The notes under the pieces were generated by a model. It saw nothing but the letters and a program-made list of their open reading frames with translations, searched no databases and was not told the origin of the DNA. This document shows, in pieces, positions 45,097-52,802 of a stretch of 64,000 nucleotides of DNA (positions are counted from its first letter, which is position 1; each line of letters begins with the position of its first letter). Origin of the DNA: an uncultured Candidatus Rokubacteria bacterium (GTDB lineage Bacteria > Methylomirabilota > Methylomirabilia > Rokubacteriales > DASRDR01); the NCBI GenBank assembly GCA_963826115.1, contig CAWGVS010000011.1, positions 64,001 to 128,000 of the forward strand, given 5' to 3'. Both the position numbers and the translations under genes were made by a program.

Positions 45097-46049
45097 CAGC
45101 TCGGGCGGAGCCGCGGGTCGAGGTAGGTGTACAGCACGTCGACCAGCAGGTTCACCAGCACGTAGACCACCGCCACGTAGAGGATGAGGCCCTGGATGAC
45201 CGGCAGGTCCCGGTTGTACAGGGATCGCACGACGAGCTGCCCCACGCCCGGCAGCACGAAGACCGTCTCGATCACCGCGCTCCCGCCCAGCAGGATCCCG
45301 ACGTTGATGCCGATCACGGTGACGATGGGGATGAGGGCGTTCCGGAGCGCGTGGCGCATCAGCACGACGCGGTCCCGCAGCCCCTTCGCCCGGGCGGTCC
45401 GCACGTAGTCCTGGCTCAGCACCTCCAGCATGCTCGAGCGCGTGAGGCGGGTGAGCAGCGCCGTTAGGTAGGTGCCGAGGGAGAGGCTCGGCAGGATCAG
45501 GAACGGGATCGCCTTCCAGACGCCCTCGGTGATCGGCTCGTAGCCGATGATCGGCAGAAGATCGAGCCACAGGGAGAAGAAGATGATCAGCATGAGCCCC
45601 AGCCAGAAGCTCGGCAGGGAGAGGCTCACCAGGGTCAGGAGGCGCGCGACGTGGTCGATCCAGCTGTTCCGGTACGCGGCCGACAGGAGGCCGGCGGGGA
45701 CGCCGATCGCGACCGAGAAGAGGAGGGCGAGGCCCACGAGAGCCAGCGTCGTCGGCATCCGCCAGACGAGCTCCTCCGACACTCGGGTCTTGTTGTAGAG
45801 CGACTGGCCGAGGTCCCCGCGGGCGATCTGCGCGAGCCACTCGAGGTAGCGCACGTGGAGCGGCCGGTCCAGGCCGAGCTGGTGGCGCAGCTCCTCCACC
45901 GCCTGGGGCGTCCCTTCCCCGCCCATGATCACGAGCGCCGGGTCGCCCGGGATGACGTGGACGAGCGCGAAGGAGAGGACGCTCAGCGCGAGCAGCATCG
46001 GGACGAGCGCGACCAGGCGCATCAGGACGAGCCGGATCAGGGGATGCAT
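45096..46049 (-). CDS. ABC transporter permease (DppB-like)
   Basis: PGDP, GLDRP, DYVRTARAKG. Confidence 0.93.
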   Translation of the reverse strand: MHPLIRLVLMRLVALVPMLLALSVLSFALVHVIPGDPALVIMGGEGTPQAVEELRHQLGLDRPLHVRYLEWLAQIARGDLGQSLYNKTRVSEELVWRMPTTLALVGLALLFSVAIGVPAGLLSAAYRNSWIDHVARLLTLVSLSLPSFWLGLMLIIFFSLWLDLLPIIGYEPITEGVWKAIPFLILPSLSLGTYLTALLTRLTRSSMLEVLSQDYVRTARAKGLRDRVVLMRHALRNALIPIVTVIGINVGILLGGSAVIETVFVLPGVGQLVVRSLYNRDLPVIQGLILYVAVVYVLVNLLVDVLYTYLDPRLRPS

Positions 46050-46130
46050 GGCTAGACGGGCGACGGCCTCACCGGGCGCGGGGCGGTCCGTCTCCCGGGG
46101 CCGCGACCGCCGGGCTCCGCGCGGCGGCCC

Positions 46131-47069
46131 TCACGACGCGGCCGCGAAGGCCTTCTGGAGCGATCCCGCCATCTCGTCGAGCGCCGTCCGCGCCTTGTCG
46201 AGGATGTGCGTCATGCGGACGAAGCCGTGGAACATCCCGGTGTACCGCGTGAGCGTGACGGGGACGCCGGCGTCGCGGAGGCGGGCGGCGTAGGCCTCGC
46301 CCTCGTCGCGGAGCGGATCGTGCTCCGCGGTGATCACCAGCGCCGGCGGGAGTCCAGCGAGGCTCGGCGCGCGGAGCGGGGAGGCGTACCGCTCGAACCC
46401 CTGCGCTTCGCGGGCGAGGTAGTGGTTCCAGAACCAGCGCATCGCCTCACGGGTGAGCACGTAGCCCGTCGCGTTCTCGACGTAGGACGGTGTGTCGAGG
46501 TCGAAGTCGGTGACGGGATAGATGAGGAGCTGATGCACCAGCGCGGGGCCGCCGCGCTCGCGCGCCATCAGCGCGGCCACCGTGGCCAGGTTCCCGCCCG
46601 CGCTGTCGCCGCCGATGGCGACCCGGCGCGGATCGATTCCGAGCCGCGCGGCGTGCGTCACCACCCAGTCGAGCGCAGCGTAGGAGTCCTCGGCGGCCAC
46701 CGGATACTTGAACTCCGGCGCCAGCCGGTAGTCCACGCTCAGCACCGAGCAGCGAGCCGCGTTGGTCAGCGACCGGCACAGCCCGTCGTGCGTGTAGAGG
46801 TCGCCGATCACCCAGCCGCCGCCGTGGTAGTAGACGAGCGCCGGATGCGGCCCGCGCCCGCCCGGGGAGTACTCGCGCACCACGATCTCGCCGCTCTTCA
46901 CGGGCACCTTGTGGTCGGTCACGGACGCCACGTCCTCGAAGGGGCCGAGCGCCGCGGTGCGGGCGCGGATCGACTCGCGCGCCTGGGCCGGCGTGGACGC
47001 CTCGACGGGTGGGAGGTTCAGAGCTGCCATGGCGTCGACGACGCGCTGGGCCTGGGGATCGAGTGACAT
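46131..47069 (-). CDS. Alpha/beta hydrolase, HSL-family esterase
   Basis: HGGGW, DYRLAPE, GDSAGG, DPLRDE, HGF. Confidence 0.92.
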   Translation of the reverse strand: MSLDPQAQRVVDAMAALNLPPVEASTPAQARESIRARTAALGPFEDVASVTDHKVPVKSGEIVVREYSPGGRGPHPALVYYHGGGWVIGDLYTHDGLCRSLTNAARCSVLSVDYRLAPEFKYPVAAEDSYAALDWVVTHAARLGIDPRRVAIGGDSAGGNLATVAALMARERGGPALVHQLLIYPVTDFDLDTPSYVENATGYVLTREAMRWFWNHYLAREAQGFERYASPLRAPSLAGLPPALVITAEHDPLRDEGEAYAARLRDAGVPVTLTRYTGMFHGFVRMTHILDKARTALDEMAGSLQKAFAAAS

Positions 47070-47092
47070 GACGGCCTCCGAGGGCTCTGGGG

Positions 47093-47692
47093 TCAGGCGG
47101 GCGCGGCCCCCGCGGCCGCGCGTGGCCGCAGGAGCTTGACCCGGGCATCGTGGAGCTGCTGATGGAGCGGCGTCCGCTCCCGGACCGTCATCGGCGTCTG
47201 CTCGGCGAGCCCCGTGTGGAGCTCGACGAACGCCGGTCCTTCGGCCCGGAGGAGGTCGGGGAGCCGGCGCTCGAAGTCGCCCAGGTCGTCGAGGGCCGTG
47301 GCCAGCCGGTAGCCGGCGCCCCGCGCCATCATGACGAAGTCGACCGAGAGGCCGCCCGGGATCCCCTGCGCCCCCGACGTGTGATAGACGCCGTTCCTGA
47401 AGAGGAAGTGCACCAGGTTGCGGGGCGCCGCGCCCGCCACGGTGGCGAGCGACCCGAGTTGCATGAGGAGCGACCCGTCGCCGTCCAGCACCAGGACGCG
47501 CCGGTCGGGGCGGGCGAGGGCCATCCCGAGGCCGAGCGACGAGGCGCCGCCCATGAAGCCGACGCAGGTGACGGACAGATCGTCGGGCGCGATGGTGCGC
47601 CACGCCGGCGCCGTCGTCATGGTGGGTACGACGATCGCGTCGCCGCGGCAGGTGGCGATCGCGCGCAGCACGTCCTCCGGCTTCATCGCCAT
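47093..47692 (-). CDS. ThDP-dependent decarboxylase beta subunit (sulfopyruvate/phosphonopyruvate decarboxylase-like)
   Basis: MGGASSLGLG, DGDGSLLM...FRNGVY ThDP motif. Confidence 0.8.
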   Translation of the reverse strand: MAMKPEDVLRAIATCRGDAIVVPTMTTAPAWRTIAPDDLSVTCVGFMGGASSLGLGMALARPDRRVLVLDGDGSLLMQLGSLATVAGAAPRNLVHFLFRNGVYHTSGAQGIPGGLSVDFVMMARGAGYRLATALDDLGDFERRLPDLLRAEGPAFVELHTGLAEQTPMTVRERTPLHQQLHDARVKLLRPRAAAGAAPA

Positions 47693-47702
47693 GGCGAGGT
47701 CC

Positions 47703-48263
47703 TCAGGCCGTCGGGAGCCCGACCAGCACGACGGCGGGTCCCCGGCGCGCGCGGCTCAGACGGTAGTACTCCGGGATGAGGTGCACGTCGTTCGGGCCCT
47801 CCAGGCGGGCGTGGGGCACGCCGAACGTGTCGAGGAGGGGCTCGCAGTAGCGCACCATCGAGTGCCGAGACTCGCGCGGGTCCTTGTCCTTCTCGCGGCT
47901 CAGGAGGCCGATCATGTAGAACATGGGGACCCGGCCGTCCATCGCGACCCCGCGGAGCGTGTTCACCGATGCGTAGAGACCGGCGTGCTGGATCATCAGC
48001 ACCACCGGCTCGCCGCCGACGTGGAGGCCCGCGGCGATCGCCGTCGCCTCGTCCTCGGTCGCGCAGGTCACGACGCGGATGGAATCCTCCTTGTCGAGGG
48101 CGGCGAGCACCGTCTTCTGGTGCGTGTCGGGCACGCTCAGGATCCAGCCGAGGTGCGTGTGGACGGGCGGCACCGCGTTCTCCGCCGCCAGCGCGGCCCT
48201 CGCCTCGCGGAACGTGTCCTTCAGCGTGTCGATGATGAGCGGGGCCGGAATGGACTCGGGCAT
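47703..48263 (-). CDS. ThDP-dependent decarboxylase alpha subunit (ComD-like)
   Basis: SVPD, TEDEATAIAAG, MIQHAGL. Confidence 0.78.
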   Translation of the reverse strand: MPESIPAPLIIDTLKDTFREARAALAAENAVPPVHTHLGWILSVPDTHQKTVLAALDKEDSIRVVTCATEDEATAIAAGLHVGGEPVVLMIQHAGLYASVNTLRGVAMDGRVPMFYMIGLLSREKDKDPRESRHSMVRYCEPLLDTFGVPHARLEGPNDVHLIPEYYRLSRARRGPAVVLVGLPTA

Positions 48264-48313
48264 CAGGTCTCCCGCGATGGCGGGGAGCTCACCCGCCGGG
48301 ATTCGTCGGTCCG

Positions 48314-48353
48314 CCCGGGCGCCCGCGCGAGATCGCCTCGCGGGGCGCCCGGG
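48314..48353 (-). other. Strong intergenic stem-loop after the SBP gene
   Basis: CCCGGGCGCCC(G)CGCGAG-ATCGC-CTCGCGGGGCGCCCGGG, 17 bp with one bulge. Confidence 0.65.
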
Positions 48354-48369
48354 TCTCGATCACGGACGG

Positions 48370-49944
48370 CTACTTCGAGACGCCCCAGACGCGAGCGTAG
48401 CCCGCGGCCCAGTGGGTCCAGCCCTTGACGTTCTCACGCCACGCGGCGACCTGGGGCACGTACACGGTCGGATAGTACGGCAGGTCGGCGCGGCGAAGCT
48501 GCTCGAGCTGCGCGTAGATCTTGGCGCGGTCCTCGGCCTTCGTGGCCTTGCGGCCCTCCTGGCAGAGCCGGTCGTACTCCGGGTTGTTGTAGCCGGCCTG
48601 GCTCGACTTGGACTCGTTCGTCTGGCAGTAGTACACGTCGGCGTCCGGGCGCGGCGTGAGGCCCGAGTAGAAGAGCTCGAACTCGCCCTTGTTCCAGACC
48701 TCCTGGAGCGCCGCCGACTCCAGCGTCTTCACCTCGACGTTCATCCCGGCCGCCTGGAGCTGTGCCTGGATCACGACCGCGCCCTGGGCGATCCGGTCCG
48801 GCACCAGGTGGGCCGTCAGGACGACCTTCTCGCCCTTGTAGCCGGCCTCCTGCATGAGCTGCTTGGCCTTCTGGACGTTGACCTTCGCGAACGGGTCCTG
48901 ATCGTGCACGGCGCCGTGGAACGGCATCCCGGCCGGGAACCCGGCCGCGACGGGCTTGCCCTGGCCGCCGGTCGTCGCCTTCGACAGCTCGTCCTTGTCG
49001 ATGGCGAAGCCGACCGCCTGGCGGAGCTTCGGGTTCGTGAACGGTCCCCGCTTGAACCCGAAGCGCAGGTCGTCGAACGCGATGCCGGGCTTGGAGACGA
49101 CCACGAGCCCTGGCTTGCCCTTCATGCGCGCCACGTCCTCGACGTTCAGCTCGATGGCGATGTCGACGTCGCCCTTCTCGATCGCCGCCGCGCGCACCGA
49201 GCTGTCCGGGATCGGGATGAAGTCGACCGTCTCGACCAGGGCGACCTTCTTTCCGGCGAGCCCGGAGGCCGGCCGCGTGTCCGCCACGTAATCCTTGAAC
49301 TTCTTCACGCGCAGGTACGCGTCCTTCTTCCACTCCACGAACTCGAACGGGCCCGTGCCCACCGGCTTCGTGATGGCGCCGCCCTGCTTCTCGACCTCGC
49401 CCTCGGGGTAGATCACCACCGGGCAGATGACGTTCGCGAGGTTGGCCAGGAAGACGCCGGACGGCGCGTTGAGGGTGATGCGGACCGTCGAGGCGTCGGT
49501 GGCCGCGAACTCCTTCACGAGGGCCTTGAATTCCGCCGACCGGCAGCCCTGGTTCATCATCCGGTTCAGCGTGTACGCGACGTCCTTCGCGTCCATCACC
49601 TTGCCGTTGTGGAACTTGACGCCCTTGCGCACCGTGATGGTGTAGACGAGGGCGTCCGGGCTGATCGTGGCCTTGTCGGCCAGCATCGGCTGTATCGACA
49701 GGTCCTCGCCGAGCGTGTAGAGCATCTCGTACACGTTGAGGAGCGCGACCCGGCTGACGTAGTGGGTCGTCAGGTGCAGGTCGACGTTCGAGGTGTCGCC
49801 CTGGAGGGCGACCTTCAGGTGGGTGGCCTGCGGCGAGGCCGGGGGCGCGGCGGCGAGCGCCACGCCGAGCACGAGCGCCAGCGCCGCGCCGACGCGGGCG
49901 CTCGTCGAACGGAGTCCGTGTCCTGTCGACCGCTTCGATCGCAT
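48370..49944 (-). CDS. ABC transporter substrate-binding protein, family 5
   Basis: Signal peptide, RKGVKFHNG, PVGTGPF; GGGAGGAG RBS. Confidence 0.93.
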   Translation of the reverse strand: MRSKRSTGHGLRSTSARVGAALALVLGVALAAAPPASPQATHLKVALQGDTSNVDLHLTTHYVSRVALLNVYEMLYTLGEDLSIQPMLADKATISPDALVYTITVRKGVKFHNGKVMDAKDVAYTLNRMMNQGCRSAEFKALVKEFAATDASTVRITLNAPSGVFLANLANVICPVVIYPEGEVEKQGGAITKPVGTGPFEFVEWKKDAYLRVKKFKDYVADTRPASGLAGKKVALVETVDFIPIPDSSVRAAAIEKGDVDIAIELNVEDVARMKGKPGLVVVSKPGIAFDDLRFGFKRGPFTNPKLRQAVGFAIDKDELSKATTGGQGKPVAAGFPAGMPFHGAVHDQDPFAKVNVQKAKQLMQEAGYKGEKVVLTAHLVPDRIAQGAVVIQAQLQAAGMNVEVKTLESAALQEVWNKGEFELFYSGLTPRPDADVYYCQTNESKSSQAGYNNPEYDRLCQEGRKATKAEDRAKIYAQLEQLRRADLPYYPTVYVPQVAAWRENVKGWTHWAAGYARVWGVSK

Positions 49945-49964
49945 CACCGTCTCCTCCCTGGTTG

Positions 49965-50780
49965 TCACCAGCGGATCTCGCGCTGCACCGGCAGCCGGTG
50001 CTGGTCCTGGCGCCCCTCGATCGGCCAGGCCCGGAACTCGTCGAGCCAGACCAGCATCTCCTTCATGATCGCGTCCGCGATCCGGCGGCCCTTCTCGCGG
50101 GTGGCCTTCGTCGGGTCGCCGTGGACGCCCGTCTTGGTCCAGCGCCCCCAGAAGTCGTTGAACCGCACGTTCGTGGTGCTGTCGGAGGTCATCGTCCGCC
50201 CGACCCGGTCGGTGTCCTGCACGGCCTTGTCCATCTGGACCCGGTCGGCGGCGTAGTGCAGGTAGAGCGAGGTCTCCCATTCGTCGGCGTGCGCGTAGAC
50301 CCCGCTCTCGAGCCCCCGGAGGCTGTCGTCCCGCCCCATGTTGTAGTAGCCGAACGCGCAGCAGATGGCCGGGGTCTCGAGCACCACGCGGCGCGCGATC
50401 AGGTCGGCCATCGGCATGTTCGAGCCGTGCCCGTTGACGACGGCCATCCGCCGGAAGCCGTGGTAGGCGACGCTCTTCAGGACGTCCACGGAGAAGTCGA
50501 TGAAGTGCTGAGGCTCGACGTGGATCGTCCCCGGGAAGTCGAAGTGGTGCATGTTGAGCCCGTAGGGGATGCCGGGCAGGACGAGGACCTTGTCGGGCGC
50601 CCGGCGGCCGAGCTCCTGGCACACCGATTCGACCAGGAACAGGTCGGTGTCGAGGGGCAGGTGCGCTCCGTGCTGCTCGGTCGAGCCGGTCGGCAGGATG
50701 ACGACCTTGCCGAGCTCGATCGCGTCGTTCATCTCGGGCCAGGTGAGCTTGTTGTACTCGAAGATCTCGCGCGCCTTCAA
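49965..50780 (-). CDS. Creatininase / cyclic amidohydrolase family protein
   Basis: GSTEQHGAHLPLDTD, NGHGSN, HADEWET, GVHGDP; TTG start after AGGAGG. Confidence 0.9.
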   Translation of the reverse strand: MKAREIFEYNKLTWPEMNDAIELGKVVILPTGSTEQHGAHLPLDTDLFLVESVCQELGRRAPDKVLVLPGIPYGLNMHHFDFPGTIHVEPQHFIDFSVDVLKSVAYHGFRRMAVVNGHGSNMPMADLIARRVVLETPAICCAFGYYNMGRDDSLRGLESGVYAHADEWETSLYLHYAADRVQMDKAVQDTDRVGRTMTSDSTTNVRFNDFWGRWTKTGVHGDPTKATREKGRRIADAIMKEMLVWLDEFRAWPIEGRQDQHRLPVQREIRW

Positions 50781-50935
50781 CGGACCTCCTGGATGTCGGA
50801 CGTGGTGTCGGGCCGGAACCGGTCTCGGAAGCCCGCTCAACTCTAGCGGAGGGCCGCGGCGCGGACAAGAGGGGTGAGGCTTCCGGGCGCATTCGGACGC
50901 GCGGCCGCGTCCGTCCTGAGGTAGGATGAGCGCCC

Positions 50936-52192
50936 ATGGACCACGCGAGCGCGTCCCCGGCCCCTTTCGTGACTCCCGAGGTGGCCGCCGAGGTGCGCCA
51001 GCGCTTCGGCACGCCCTGCTACGTGTACCACCGTGCCGCGCTCGAGTCGGCCGCGCGGGCGGCCCTCGCGTTCCCCGCGCCGTTCGGCTTCACGCTGCGC
51101 TACGCGATGAAGGCCAACCCGTCCCGCGGAGTCCTCCAGGTGTTCCGCGAGCTCGGCCTCCACATCGACGCGTCCAGCGACTTCGAGGTGGAGCGGGCGA
51201 TCGAGGCGGGATTCGCGCCGGGCGAGATCCAGCTCACCTCGCAGATGCCGTCGCGCCGCCTCGCCGAGCACGTCCGGCGCGGGGTCCTCTTCAACGCGTG
51301 CTCCATCCACCAGCTCGACGCCTTCGGACGGGTCGCGCCCGGCGGCGAGGTGTGCGTGCGGATGAACCCCGGGCTCGGGACCGGCTCCACCAAGCGGACC
51401 AACACCGGCGGGCCCGCGTCGAGCTTCGGGATCTGGCACGAGCACCTGGACGAGGTGAAGGCGGTCGCGGAGCGCTACCGGCTCCGGATCACGCGGCTCC
51501 ACTCCCACGTCGGATCGGGCACCGACCCCGAGATCTGGAAGCGTTGCACGCGGATGACGCTCGAGCTCGCGTCGAAGCTTCCCGAGGTGGGCGCGGTCAA
51601 TCTGGGCGGGGGATTCAAGGTCGGGCGCATGCCCGAGGAGCCCACCGTCGACCTCGGCGACGTGGGCGCCCACGTGCGCGGGGAGCTCCAGGCCTTCCAG
51701 GCCCGGGACGGCCGGAGCCTCGGGCTCGAGATCGAGCCCGGCACGTATCTGGTGGCGCGCGCCGGCGCGGTGGTGGCGAGCTGCATCGACGTCGTGGACA
51801 CGGGACGGGAAGGGTATCTGTTCGCCAAGCTCGACACCGGGATGACCGAGGTCACGCGACCCTCGCTCTACGGCGCCCAGCACCCCATCGACGTGCTGGC
51901 CCGGGACCGCGAGGCGGCCGCGGTCGTCTTCGTCGGTCCCTGCTGCGAGTCGGGGGACATCCTCACGCCGGCGCCCGGTGACCCGGAGGCGCTCGCGCCG
52001 CGCTGGGTCCCGCGCCCCCGGATCGACGACCTCGTCGTCGTCAGCGGGGCCGGCGCCTACTGCGCCGCGATGTCCACCGTCAACTACAACTCCTACCCGC
52101 GCGCGCCCGAGGTCATGCTGGAGCGGGACGGCAGCCTGCGCCTGCTCCGGCGCCGCCAGGAGCCGGCGGCCGTCTGGGCCGACGAGGTCTGA
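50936..52192 (+). CDS. lysA: Diaminopimelate decarboxylase
   Basis: YAMKAN PLP lysine, HSHVGSG, LGGG, EPG, CESGD, GAYC. Confidence 0.9.
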   Translation: MDHASASPAPFVTPEVAAEVRQRFGTPCYVYHRAALESAARAALAFPAPFGFTLRYAMKANPSRGVLQVFRELGLHIDASSDFEVERAIEAGFAPGEIQLTSQMPSRRLAEHVRRGVLFNACSIHQLDAFGRVAPGGEVCVRMNPGLGTGSTKRTNTGGPASSFGIWHEHLDEVKAVAERYRLRITRLHSHVGSGTDPEIWKRCTRMTLELASKLPEVGAVNLGGGFKVGRMPEEPTVDLGDVGAHVRGELQAFQARDGRSLGLEIEPGTYLVARAGAVVASCIDVVDTGREGYLFAKLDTGMTEVTRPSLYGAQHPIDVLARDREAAAVVFVGPCCESGDILTPAPGDPEALAPRWVPRPRIDDLVVVSGAGAYCAAMSTVNYNSYPRAPEVMLERDGSLRLLRRRQEPAAVWADEV

Positions 52193-52253
52193 TTCGGCCG
52201 GCGGCGGGCCCGGCGCGCGGAGAACACGCCGCCGCGCGACCCGTCGGCTCCTG

Positions 52254-52760
52254 CTGACGCTGGCCGTCTCGACCCTCGCCGTCAGTTTCCGTCTCCCTGC
52301 TGCCGCGCGCGTTGGCTTGGCCGAGTGGGAGGTCGAGACGCCCGGAGGGCACCTCGTCTCCCACGCGGATCCCTGGGTCGAGCAACACGGGACGTGCCTT
52401 CGGAAGCGGAGCACGGGGAACGATCCTGGGATCCTGGTTGCCCATGTCGAGTGGTGGCAGTACTACCAGGCTCACGTTGCGGGAAAGGCTCGCGACGGCT
52501 ACTTCCTCCTCCACGAGCCGACGGGCCGGTTGTCGCGCCACGCGAGCCAGGCGGCGCTCGAGGCGACGCTGCGGCAGGCCGGCGCGGGCGCGCCCGTGTC
52601 GCAGCGATTCACGCCGGCCGACGGGTGGCGCCAGGCCTGGCGGCCGGTGTTCGAGAGCCGCTGTCGCCAGCTTCAGTCAGGGGGACCAGCGACCGGAGGG
52701 CCGAGTCCCACCGAGGTGCAAGCGACTCGCGATCTGTGCCGCCAGCTCGGACTTCCGTAG
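52254..52760 (+). CDS. Hypothetical, possibly exported protein (start unresolved)
   Basis: Open frame with hydrophobic LLLTLAVS segment and aromatic-rich body; no ATG/GTG near its 5' end; more A/T-ending codons. Confidence 0.45.
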   Translation: MTLAVSTLAVSFRLPAAARVGLAEWEVETPGGHLVSHADPWVEQHGTCLRKRSTGNDPGILVAHVEWWQYYQAHVAGKARDGYFLLHEPTGRLSRHASQAALEATLRQAGAGAPVSQRFTPADGWRQAWRPVFESRCRQLQSGGPATGGPSPTEVQATRDLCRQLGLP

Positions 52761-52802
52761 CGCGCCGCGGCGCCGGGTCTATGATGGCAGCCGAGGATGC
52801 AC

